NCBI GenBank assembly: GCA_015062585.1
Contig: SUUJ01000001.1
Coordinates: 72,736 to 136,735 of the forward strand
Length of the DNA: 64,000 nt
From: Alphaproteobacteria bacterium
GTDB lineage: Bacteria > Pseudomonadota > Alphaproteobacteria > RF32 > CAG-239
Reading direction: 5' to 3'
Below are positions 48,545 to 57,652 of this stretch, one piece after another. How positions within the stretch are numbered: position 1 is the stretch's first letter; each line of letters opens with the position of its first letter. Position numbers and translations under genes: made by a program. Under the pieces are notes generated by a model. That model was given only the letters and a program-made list of their open reading frames with translations. It searched no databases and was not told where the DNA came from.

Positions 48545-48559
48545 ATAGAAGGAGTCAAA

Positions 48560-49417
48560 ATGCCTAGGGTCTCGGTATTGATGCCTGTTTACAAGACAAA
48601 AGAGAAATATTTGCGTGAAGCAATTGAAAGTATCTTAAACCAAACTTTTACAGATTTTGAGTTTCTTATTTTAGATGATTGTCCTGATGATGACCGAGAA
48701 AAAATTGTAAAATCATACAAAGACAAACGCATAAAATATTCTAAAAATGAACAAAATCTAGGAATTGCGCCAAGTAGAAATAAGCTTATAGATATGGCGA
48801 GTGGCGAATATCTTGCTGTTTTTGACCATGATGACATATCTTTACCCGACAGACTGGAAAAGCAAGTAGCTTATTTAGATGAACATCAGGATGTCGGTGT
48901 AGTTAGTTGTAAAATAAAAAATATGATTAGAGGTACAACCTCTAGAAATCCGAGCAATAACCACGATATAAAGCTGGCTTTAATGAGGGTTTGCAGTATA
49001 AACCACTCTTCCGCCATGATTAGAAAATCAGTTTTGACTGAAAATAACATCCGTTATGAAGAAGAATTTTCGCCTTCTGAAGACTATGCTTTGTGGTGCA
49101 GACTGATACCTTTTACCAATTTTCACAATTTGAACGAGATTTTGTTTCATTACAGAGATCACGGACAAAATACTTCACACCGACAAAGTGATAAAATGCA
49201 TCAGGCCACTTTGAGTATTTGGTCTTTTGTAAAAAATGATAATCCGCAATTGTATGAAGAATTTTTGCTCAAAGCCAAGCATACCACAAGAATAAGACTG
49301 TTTGGTTTTATTCCTTTTATAACAATCAAAAAACAAGCAAATCTCACAAAAGTATACCTTTTTGAGAAATTGCCGCTGTTTGCAAGCAAATCTGTAATTA
49401 AATTGCAGGAGAAATAA
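48560..49417 (+). CDS. family-2 glycosyltransferase, copy 2 of the inverted duplicate pair
   Basis: Near-identical to copy 1. Strong RBS aaggagtcaaaATG. Confidence 0.75.
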   Translation: MPRVSVLMPVYKTKEKYLREAIESILNQTFTDFEFLILDDCPDDDREKIVKSYKDKRIKYSKNEQNLGIAPSRNKLIDMASGEYLAVFDHDDISLPDRLEKQVAYLDEHQDVGVVSCKIKNMIRGTTSRNPSNNHDIKLALMRVCSINHSSAMIRKSVLTENNIRYEEEFSPSEDYALWCRLIPFTNFHNLNEILFHYRDHGQNTSHRQSDKMHQATLSIWSFVKNDNPQLYEEFLLKAKHTTRIRLFGFIPFITIKKQANLTKVYLFEKLPLFASKSVIKLQEK

Positions 49418-49420
49418 TAT

Positions 49421-50470
49421 ATGCCTAGAGTTTCGGTATTGATGCCTGTTCACAAGACAAAAGAGAAATATTTGCCCTTTATATCTTGTAAATTTAAACG
49501 AAAAATTACTACACTATTAGATTTAAAAAAACTCAGTGTAATTATAACTGTATATAATGAAAAACCCGAATATATCGAACGAGCAATAACATCTCTAAAT
49601 AATCAAAATTTTCAAAATCTTGAAATAATAGTTGTTAATGATGGTTCTAAAAATGAAGATACCATAAGGTTTTTAAATAATCTTAAACAAGATAACCTAA
49701 AAATAATTAACAAAGAAAACGGAGGACCGGGAAGTGCCAGAAATTTAGGATTACAACACACTTCTGGCGATGTCGTTGGATTTCTTGATGCTGATGATTG
49801 GGTAGAAAAAGATTTTTATTCCGAACTAATGTACAATTTAATAAGGTATAACGCAGATGTTGCATGTGGCGTTTTGATATGTAATGGCAAAAGTTATGAT
49901 AAATTTCCGCGATATATTGCCTCTACTGTTCAAGAAAAATTAAAATATATAAATAATGGTTCGGTTTGCTCAAAAATATTCAAAAAAGAATTGTTCAATG
50001 ACATAAAATTTTCCGAAGCCAAAATTTATTACGAAGATAATCCGGTTTTATTAAAGCTTTTGTTGCAAGCTGATAAAGTGTCTTTTAATCCAAAGGCTGA
50101 ATATATTTACTTTACCAATGATACATCCATAACCAGAAACAAAGATGAAAGTAAAGAACAAAAAAGAATAGATGATAGTGTGCTTATTTTAGAACAAATT
50201 AAAAAATGGGCTGATTCATATGATAAAAAAACATCTGATTTGATAATGCTGACGGTAGGTCAGATACTATTTCGTGCTTGGCAATATACTAAAAACGAGA
50301 ATTATCGCAAAAAAATAGATAAAATTTTTACAAAAGAACAAATGGCAATTCTTATAAAACCGCAATTAACATTTGCCCAAAAAATTTTCTCACTAAAAAA
50401 ATCAAAAGATAAATCTTATAAAATCATCACCTTTCTCGGATTTCAAATCAAATGGAGGCTCAAAAAATGA
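49421..50470 (+). CDS. family-2 glycosyltransferase with chimeric N-terminus
   Basis: First 18 aa (MPRVSVLMPVHKTKEKYL) and 55 nt are a third copy of the duplicated gene's 5' end. Then a distinct GT2 domain 'LSVIITVYNEKPEYI..IIVVNDGS'. Confidence 0.65.
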   Translation: MPRVSVLMPVHKTKEKYLPFISCKFKRKITTLLDLKKLSVIITVYNEKPEYIERAITSLNNQNFQNLEIIVVNDGSKNEDTIRFLNNLKQDNLKIINKENGGPGSARNLGLQHTSGDVVGFLDADDWVEKDFYSELMYNLIRYNADVACGVLICNGKSYDKFPRYIASTVQEKLKYINNGSVCSKIFKKELFNDIKFSEAKIYYEDNPVLLKLLLQADKVSFNPKAEYIYFTNDTSITRNKDESKEQKRIDDSVLILEQIKKWADSYDKKTSDLIMLTVGQILFRAWQYTKNENYRKKIDKIFTKEQMAILIKPQLTFAQKIFSLKKSKDKSYKIITFLGFQIKWRLKK

Positions 50471-51756
50471 GCCAGAAGAAAATATTTATAGTATCCCTAT
50501 CCGAGATTACACATGTTGTTGGTGGCGCAATTACCATAACAATAAATATGTGCAATTTTTTAGTAAAAGCCGGATATGAAGTATATTGTATTTGTTCTGA
50601 TAATATTGACGGCAGACCGCAGCAAATTGATGAAAAAGTAAATTTTATCAATTTGGCATACAGATATAATGGGCAACCGTTTTCTAAAGCGATAAATCAG
50701 TTGGCTGAAGAAGTTAAACCGGATTTGTTTATATTTTTCTTTTCCTTTTTATACGAGAATGCACAATTATCAGCTGGTTATATCAACACTCCTAAAGTGA
50801 TAATGTTTCACTCAAGACCTGATTTTTATTTTCAGAATAATTGCGACAAACTGAAAAAGCTATATTCTTGTGATAAAAATATTATATCGCAAATCTTGTT
50901 TGACAGTTATAAATCATTATTGCCTGATTTTATAAGGAATAGAAATGTTATAACCATTCCAAACGGTGTAAAAACAATTGATAAAACAATAAATACAGAC
51001 ATTGAACATAAAAAAATCATATATTTATCACGCATTAATTGTTGGAAAGGCTTAGAATTTTTAATCAACTCTTTTAAGTTGATTGCACAAAAATATCCTG
51101 ATTGGTCAATTGATATTTATGGTCAATCACAACCGGAAGAATATGTAAACGAACTAAAATGTTTAGTAAAAAAATTAAAGCTTGAAAAACAAATAAATTT
51201 TCAAGGAATAACAAGAAATCCTATAGAAACAATGATGAACTATGATTTTTGTGTATTTCCCTCATATTTTGAAGGATTTCCTATGGGGTTAATTGAATCA
51301 TTAAGTGTCGGATTACCTTGTATCGGTTTAGAAGAATGTTCCGGAGTTAATGAAATAATATCAGACGGTGAAAACGGATTTTTAGCACAAGAAGATTACG
51401 CAGACTTTTCTCAAAAAATAGAAGCCTTAATAAAAGACAAAGAGCTTAGAGAAAAAATGAGCCAAAAAGCTAAGCAAACAGCCGATAAATATGATAAGAA
51501 ACAGATTGATGAAAAATGGCTCTCTGTAATCAAAAATCTATTAAACAATGAGGCAATAAGTATAGAACAAACCCCGGATGTTAAAGGTAAGAAGTTATTT
51601 CCATTGGCTAAAATACAACAAATGTATAAACAGCAACACAAAAAATACATAAAGCCTTGGGATTATATCTTTTCTATCAAAAATTCTCAAAATAAAAAAC
51701 GCAAAATTATAACTGTTCTCGGTCTTCAAATTAAATTTAAAAGGAAGAGAAAATGA
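50452..51756 (+). CDS. family-4 (GT-B) glycosyltransferase
   Basis: 'EGFPMGLIESLSVGLPCIG' GT4 C-terminal motif. Confidence 0.7.
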   Translation: MEAQKMSQKKIFIVSLSEITHVVGGAITITINMCNFLVKAGYEVYCICSDNIDGRPQQIDEKVNFINLAYRYNGQPFSKAINQLAEEVKPDLFIFFFSFLYENAQLSAGYINTPKVIMFHSRPDFYFQNNCDKLKKLYSCDKNIISQILFDSYKSLLPDFIRNRNVITIPNGVKTIDKTINTDIEHKKIIYLSRINCWKGLEFLINSFKLIAQKYPDWSIDIYGQSQPEEYVNELKCLVKKLKLEKQINFQGITRNPIETMMNYDFCVFPSYFEGFPMGLIESLSVGLPCIGLEECSGVNEIISDGENGFLAQEDYADFSQKIEALIKDKELREKMSQKAKQTADKYDKKQIDEKWLSVIKNLLNNEAISIEQTPDVKGKKLFPLAKIQQMYKQQHKKYIKPWDYIFSIKNSQNKKRKIITVLGLQIKFKRKRK

Positions 51757-52979
51757 AAATCGTTTATGTTACAATGGAATATATCAATCCGGATAATCTA
51801 AATGTAATAGATGGTGGCTTAGCAAATTATTTGCATAAGATAACAACCTGTTTATATAAAATGGGACACGATATAACGGTTATTGTCGCGGATTCTTATC
51901 CTAATAAGCATATAGACTATAATGGAATAGATGTAATATATATAAATAATAAATTTCAAAAAAAACTAATTCAAAAAATATTATGGCCATTTATTACCAA
52001 AAAGAAGCGAAAGTTGTTAAAAAGAAACTTTTTGCATTACGCAATAAGTAACGCCATAAATAAAATTAATAAAAAAAATAAAATAGATGTTATACAGTAT
52101 GCCAGTTGCCGAGGGCTTGGAAGATATCCTCAAAAAGATATTCCGTCTTGTGTGAGAATATCCTCTTATGCAAAATTAATGCAAAAATTTTATAGTTATC
52201 ATGATGATTGTGAAATTGAAGCGGAAACTTTACAAATTAAAAATAATAAATTTATTTTTGGACCTTCTTCGCATATAGCCAATTATATTAAAGATGATTT
52301 GGGTGTAAATAAAGATATTAAAATAATCGAGTCACCTTATTCTGAATGCAAAATATCAGCAGATAACACTATATTAAATGAATTGCAAAGCAAAATTAAA
52401 AGTGCTCCATTTTTGTTATTTTTCGGTACTATAGGAGAATTAAAAGGGTGTAAGGTTATTGCAGATTGCATTTATGATATTTTAAACCAATATCCGAATT
52501 TACATATGGTGTTGGTTGGTAAAAATGCAACTTTTATCAATGATATTGATTACGCTCAAATAATTAATAAAAAGGCTAAAGAACATGCAAACAGAGTTAT
52601 TCGTTTTCCTAGCCTTCCTCATTCACAATTATATCCCCTTATAAGTAATTGTTTAGCTGTTGTAATGCCGTCTTTAACGGAAAATTTTTCCAATGCTTGT
52701 GTTGAAGCCATGCGCTTGAAAAAAATAGTTATCGGAACCGAAGGAAATTTTTCTCAGCTCATAACTGACGGGCAGAACGGATTCTTAGCAAAAGTGGGAG
52801 ATTCCGAAAGTCTCAAAGCTAAAATTGTCGAGGTTATGTCATTAAACGCAGATAAAAGACAAGAAATTGAAGAAAAATCATTTCAAAGGACAGAAAGCTT
52901 GTCGCCTGAAAATATATGCAATCAGCTTTTGGATTATTACAAATTTATCATTAAAAATTGGGAGAATAAAAATGAATAA
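51753..52979 (+). CDS. family-4 (GT-B) glycosyltransferase
   Basis: 'SLTENFSNACVEAMRLKKIVIGTEG' E-x7-E-like GT4 region. Confidence 0.65.
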   Translation: MKIVYVTMEYINPDNLNVIDGGLANYLHKITTCLYKMGHDITVIVADSYPNKHIDYNGIDVIYINNKFQKKLIQKILWPFITKKKRKLLKRNFLHYAISNAINKINKKNKIDVIQYASCRGLGRYPQKDIPSCVRISSYAKLMQKFYSYHDDCEIEAETLQIKNNKFIFGPSSHIANYIKDDLGVNKDIKIIESPYSECKISADNTILNELQSKIKSAPFLLFFGTIGELKGCKVIADCIYDILNQYPNLHMVLVGKNATFINDIDYAQIINKKAKEHANRVIRFPSLPHSQLYPLISNCLAVVMPSLTENFSNACVEAMRLKKIVIGTEGNFSQLITDGQNGFLAKVGDSESLKAKIVEVMSLNADKRQEIEEKSFQRTESLSPENICNQLLDYYKFIIKNWENKNE

Positions 52980-53730
52980 TACATCTGTCGGAATAATAGG
53001 ATGCGGTTTTGTCGGTGGCGCATTAAAGAGATGGCTAGAAGAACACAACCAATCAGTTAACATTCTTGTTTCTGACCCGCCAAAGGGAATGAATGATGAT
53101 GTATCAAAGTCTGATGTTATATTTATCAGTATTCATATACCGACAGAGGCTGACGGCACACAGGATTTGACATTGTTAACCGAGATAATCAATGGCTTGC
53201 CAATTGATAAACCGATATTTATCAGGACAACCATTGTTCCTGGTACTGCTGATAAGTTATCAATAAAAACAGGTCGAAATGTATATTTTATGCCGGAATT
53301 TTTAACTGAACGCACAGCTTATGAAGATTTTTGCTCGCAACCGATGATTTTTACAGCCGAAGAAGAGTTACTTAAAAATATCTTTATCGGAAAAAAATAT
53401 ATTACAATGACTTCTTTAGAGGCTGAAATAACAAAATATGCACACAATGTTTTTGGCGCACTGAAAGTTACTTATTTTAACGGTATTTATGACTTATGCA
53501 AAAAGATGGAAGCTAATTATCGTAAAATTCAACAAGGTATTTTGTTGAGCGGTTATATAAACGCTCCTCATACTATGGTACCGGGTCCTGACGGCAAATT
53601 CGGATATGGCGGAAAATGTTTTCCAAAAGATGTTAATGCATTAACCAAAATGACTGAAGGATTGCCAATATACAATTTGTTAAAAGAATTAAAACCATTG
53701 AATATTGAATTTAGAGGGGAAGATAAATAA
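52972..53730 (+). CDS. UDP-glucose 6-dehydrogenase-like protein, C-terminally short (~252 aa)
   Basis: 'VGIIGCGFVGGAL', 'FMPEFLTERTAYEDF', 'KYAHNVFGALKVTYFN', catalytic-Cys region 'GYGGKCFPKDVNAL'. ORF stops ~30 aa later, lacking the UDP-binding C-terminal domain. Confidence 0.55.
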   Translation: MNNTSVGIIGCGFVGGALKRWLEEHNQSVNILVSDPPKGMNDDVSKSDVIFISIHIPTEADGTQDLTLLTEIINGLPIDKPIFIRTTIVPGTADKLSIKTGRNVYFMPEFLTERTAYEDFCSQPMIFTAEEELLKNIFIGKKYITMTSLEAEITKYAHNVFGALKVTYFNGIYDLCKKMEANYRKIQQGILLSGYINAPHTMVPGPDGKFGYGGKCFPKDVNALTKMTEGLPIYNLLKELKPLNIEFRGEDK

Positions 53731-54749
53731 TGAAACTGCTTGTAACAGGAACAGCCGGTTTTATAGGGCATTTTGTAGCATTGCAACTGTTAAAAGACGG
53801 ACATGAAGTTGTTGGCGTTGATAATGTAAACGATTACTATGATGTAAATATAAAAGAGGCAAGATTAAAAAATTTGCACAAATTTGAAAATTTTATCGAG
53901 GCCAGAGTAGATTTGATTGATAGAAATGCTTTGGAAAAAATATTCAATGAACACAAGCCACAGCGTGTTCTAAATCTTGCAGCACAGGCCGGCGTCAGAT
54001 ATTCATTTGAAAATCCGTATGCCTATGTGGATTCAAATTTGATTGGCTTTGTAAATTTGGAAGAACAATGCAGACATCATAATGTAGAACATTTTGTGTT
54101 TGCCTCTTCGGCGTCCGTATATGGAGCCAATAACAAATTGCCTTGGGATGAAGCTGATGGTTGTAATCATCAATTGAGTCTTTATGCGGCTACTAAAAAA
54201 GCAAACGAGGTAATCGGACATTCTTATGCGCATTTGTTTAATCTTCCGACAACCGGATTAAGATTTTTTAACGCCTATGGACCTTGGGGACGCCCTGATA
54301 TGGCTTTGTTTATATTTGTTAAAAACATTATTGAAGGCAAACCCATAAATGTGTTTAACAACGGAAAAATGGTACGAGATTTCACCTATGTAGAAGATAT
54401 TGCAAGAGGTGTTTGCAAGGTATTACTCGGTCCGGTCCCGACAATTGATAAAAATTGGGATAGAGGCGCAACTGTTCCGGATCCTTCACGCAGCGGTGTG
54501 GCACCTTTCAGAATTTATAACATCGGTAATTCTAATCCTGTTGAACTAATGCGTTATATTGAGCTTATGGAAAAAGAAATCGGTAAAAAAGCTATTATCA
54601 ATTTTATGCCTATCCAACCCGGAGAAATCGTCAAATCAGAAGCAGACAATTCAGATTTGTACGAAACATTTGACTTCAAACCTCAAGTAAAGGTGGAGGA
54701 AGGTGTTCATAATTTTGTCAAATGGTATAGAGAATTTTACGGAGTATAA
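53730..54749 (+). CDS. UDP-glucuronate 4-epimerase (GalE/SDR family)
   Basis: 'LLVTGTAGFIGHFVA', 'YAATKKANE' YxxxK catalytic motif. 339 aa. Downstream of the Ugd-like gene. Confidence 0.7.
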   Translation: MKLLVTGTAGFIGHFVALQLLKDGHEVVGVDNVNDYYDVNIKEARLKNLHKFENFIEARVDLIDRNALEKIFNEHKPQRVLNLAAQAGVRYSFENPYAYVDSNLIGFVNLEEQCRHHNVEHFVFASSASVYGANNKLPWDEADGCNHQLSLYAATKKANEVIGHSYAHLFNLPTTGLRFFNAYGPWGRPDMALFIFVKNIIEGKPINVFNNGKMVRDFTYVEDIARGVCKVLLGPVPTIDKNWDRGATVPDPSRSGVAPFRIYNIGNSNPVELMRYIELMEKEIGKKAIINFMPIQPGEIVKSEADNSDLYETFDFKPQVKVEEGVHNFVKWYREFYGV

Positions 54750-54751
54750 AT

Positions 54752-55339
54752 ATGAGAATATTTAACAAAAAGAAAGGTTATGACGGATTACGAGAATTTT
54801 TTCTGTTTGGAATAAAAGTATACTCGTATAAGAGAAAAAACAAAAACTCTGAGCACAATAACCCTAACAAAGCTGAGTTATTAAAAAGTATGGGCGTTAT
54901 TATAGGTGATAATGTTAAAATATGGGGCATGCCTAATCTTCCTACCGAATACTTTTTTATAGAGATTGGTGATAATTCGACAATTTCTTCAAATGTTACA
55001 TTTTTAACTCATGATGGTTCTATGAATGCTTGTCGGGAATATTATAAAGGTTGGTATGAAACAATTCCCTCTCCTTTGGGTAAAATAAAAGTCGGAAAAA
55101 ATTGTTTTGTCGGAATAAACAGTATCATTTTACCAAATGTAATCATTGGAAATAATTGTGTAATCGGAGCCGGTAGTGTTGTAACCAAAAATGTTCCTGA
55201 CGGTGAAGTATGGGCCGGAAATCCTGCTCGTTTCATCAAAACGACCAAAGAGTTATCAGACAAATTTGAAATAATTATGAATAGCAAACAACAAGCAGAA
55301 CTTGACGAATTTGCTAGAAAACAAGGAGTTTATAAATAA
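54752..55339 (+). CDS. hexapeptide-repeat O-acetyltransferase (WbbJ/MAT-like) with basic N-terminal extension
   Basis: 'VGINSIILPNVIIGNNCVIGAGSVV' left-handed beta-helix repeats. Confidence 0.65.
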   Translation: MRIFNKKKGYDGLREFFLFGIKVYSYKRKNKNSEHNNPNKAELLKSMGVIIGDNVKIWGMPNLPTEYFFIEIGDNSTISSNVTFLTHDGSMNACREYYKGWYETIPSPLGKIKVGKNCFVGINSIILPNVIIGNNCVIGAGSVVTKNVPDGEVWAGNPARFIKTTKELSDKFEIIMNSKQQAELDEFARKQGVYK

Positions 55340-55341
55340 AA

Positions 55342-57642
55342 ATGTTCAGAGTTGAAAAAAACAATCATAAGATAAAAGTTAACGTACTAGGCTTAAAACT
55401 TTCCTTTAAGGAACGGAAATTTTTAAACCCTTTTAGGCATCCAGTATTTCGTAATGACGATGTATCCGTAGACTCTCATATGGAGCATTTTAAGGAATTT
55501 TGTGAGATTTTTCATAAATACGGCTATACACAGCTTCATGCAATTAACTTATACGGATATACAAACTGTAACTTTTTGACTAGTGGTTTACCGACTCCTT
55601 ATGAGGGCTATAAGAATTTAAGTGCAATTCCAAATGACAAAATAAGAGAACTTTCACAAGGCAAGTTTATTGGAGATAATAAAGAACTTGTAGATTATAT
55701 AAATTCTATTCCTGATGAGATCGCTCTGCATGGCCTTTATCATACAAATTATTCTACAATGTCTTATGATGAACAATACAAGGATATCGAGGAAGGATTA
55801 AGACTATTAAAAGAGTTATTTCCAAACAAGAAAGTAAAAGTTTTTGTAGCTCCGTTTAATAAAACAAATAAAGACACATATAAAGTGTGTAAAGTGTTTG
55901 GATTGCGTTTAAGCGCTCTTGAGGGACAACACCTTGAAGATATGATTGAATATCATAATTATGGAATAAAAAATGGTGAAATATATCGTTATCATCATCA
56001 CAGATTTTATCCGGAATCTACATTTAATAGCTATGATTTAAGTTTAGAAAAATTAGATAGATTTTTGGGCTATAAGAAGCATTCAAAACGTAAATTGCCT
56101 AATATAAATGTTTTTGCTGATATCGTACATAAGTATAATGCGCAGGAATGGTTTATATATTCATTTAATGATTTTAAAAACATACAACATGCCTATCTTC
56201 CATATAAATGGATTTTAAAAAACATAAAAAAGAAAAGAAGTATTCTTGCAACGGGCTGTGGTGTAGGCGATATGCTTTATCATTTATATAAAAACGGCTA
56301 TAAACATTTATCCGGTTATGACTATGACGAAAAAGCGATAAATGCAGCAAAAGAAATTACAGAAACAGTTTATGCTTCTATTGATTTTGCAGTGCAAGAT
56401 GGGCGGGACCCAAAGCTAAACAAGAAATACGATGTAATTGTTGGTGTAAATTGGATATATCATGTTCCTAACTATGGTTTAGAGGATTTTATTAAAGTAC
56501 ATGTCCCATATATTAATAGTGACGGATATTTTATTTTTGATACGGTTGATATTAAATACAACGAAGTGCCAAACAATCAATATGGGGTTCAAGATTGGGA
56601 CAAACCAGTAGAACAAAGACGACCAAGTGAATATTTATACAGATATTCAAAAGATGATGTTGAAAAACTTGCAAAAAAATATAATTGCGATGTTGTATAT
56701 TCAAAATTTATTGAAAATATAGTGCCTCATGCATTTTATGTTTTAAAAAGGAAAAAACTTCCCAAAATATGCCTGTTGTGTGACCGTCCGAATTGGGCAC
56801 ATGATCATAGTGCACAAGAAATAAAAAAGCAACTTTCTAATGATTTTGATATTGATATTAAATATGTAATCAAAAAACCAAAATTAAAACCTAGAAAATA
56901 TGACCTAATTCATGTATTTTTCTGGGGAGAAGATTATTATAAAAAATTTAAATTTCCTAAAAGTAAAATAATAAAACAAGTTTCATCACACAGATGGCAG
57001 GACAACCCTATGTATGGCCCTTTAACACCTGTTGAATTCCAAAAGAAATATTTGGATGATGCAAAATTTGTAAGCTGCCCTTCTAAGATTCTTTATGATT
57101 TATTAAAAGATGTATGTCCTAATTTGTTTTTGATTGGGAAAGGCTATTCTCCTAAGAAGTTCTATTACAAGAATGGTAGAGCAGGCGAGATGTCAATTTG
57201 TTGGGCAGGAAATATTAAAGATCCGGTAAAAGGGGTTGAAGAAATATTAATTCCTGCAACAAAAGATAAATATAACTTGAATTTGGCTTCAGATTTAAAA
57301 CATGAGGAATTGTTTGATTTTTACAATTCAAATGACATTTATGTCGTTACTTCACGCAATGAAGCCGATCCGTTGCCTTTGATAGAATCAATGGCTTGTG
57401 GTTGTTTCCCTGTAGCGAACTATGTGGGTATCGCTCCGGAATTAATTCGTCATAAAGAAAACGGATATTTGGTTAAAGAAAGGACTGTTGAAGCTTATCA
57501 AAAAGCTTTTGAATGGTGTAAGAATAATATTGAATATATTAGAAGCCAACAGGAAAAAATATCAAAAGAAATTTATGAAACTCGCCGTTGGGAAATCAAG
57601 GCACAAGAATATAAAAAGATGTATGATGAATGTTTGAAATAA
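55342..57642 (+). CDS. multidomain protein: deacetylase-like region + SAM-methyltransferase + GT4-like C-terminal domain
   Basis: 'ILATGCGVGDMLYHLYKNGYKHLSGYDYDEKAI' class-I MTase motif I. C-terminal 'ADPLPLIESMACGCFPVANYVGIAPELIRHKENGYLV' GT-B motif. Confidence 0.55.
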   Translation: MFRVEKNNHKIKVNVLGLKLSFKERKFLNPFRHPVFRNDDVSVDSHMEHFKEFCEIFHKYGYTQLHAINLYGYTNCNFLTSGLPTPYEGYKNLSAIPNDKIRELSQGKFIGDNKELVDYINSIPDEIALHGLYHTNYSTMSYDEQYKDIEEGLRLLKELFPNKKVKVFVAPFNKTNKDTYKVCKVFGLRLSALEGQHLEDMIEYHNYGIKNGEIYRYHHHRFYPESTFNSYDLSLEKLDRFLGYKKHSKRKLPNINVFADIVHKYNAQEWFIYSFNDFKNIQHAYLPYKWILKNIKKKRSILATGCGVGDMLYHLYKNGYKHLSGYDYDEKAINAAKEITETVYASIDFAVQDGRDPKLNKKYDVIVGVNWIYHVPNYGLEDFIKVHVPYINSDGYFIFDTVDIKYNEVPNNQYGVQDWDKPVEQRRPSEYLYRYSKDDVEKLAKKYNCDVVYSKFIENIVPHAFYVLKRKKLPKICLLCDRPNWAHDHSAQEIKKQLSNDFDIDIKYVIKKPKLKPRKYDLIHVFFWGEDYYKKFKFPKSKIIKQVSSHRWQDNPMYGPLTPVEFQKKYLDDAKFVSCPSKILYDLLKDVCPNLFLIGKGYSPKKFYYKNGRAGEMSICWAGNIKDPVKGVEEILIPATKDKYNLNLASDLKHEELFDFYNSNDIYVVTSRNEADPLPLIESMACGCFPVANYVGIAPELIRHKENGYLVKERTVEAYQKAFEWCKNNIEYIRSQQEKISKEIYETRRWEIKAQEYKKMYDECLK

Positions 57643-57652
57643 GGAGAATGTT

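Larger units (their letters stand above)
47477..49417. repeat. large inverted duplication (2 x ~858 bp) flanking a 225-bp spacer
   Basis: Proteins from 47477-48334(-) and 48560-49417(+) align end-to-end with ~14 substitutions. Confidence 0.85.

Noticed and set aside
47429-49453. Small mirror-image ORFs 47429-47629(+), 47505-47693(+), 49175-49453(-), 49201-49389(-), 48057-48254(+), 48589-48837(-)
   Set aside because: Their identical peptide sequences are a by-product of the large inverted duplication (antisense of the GT2 twins), not independent genes.
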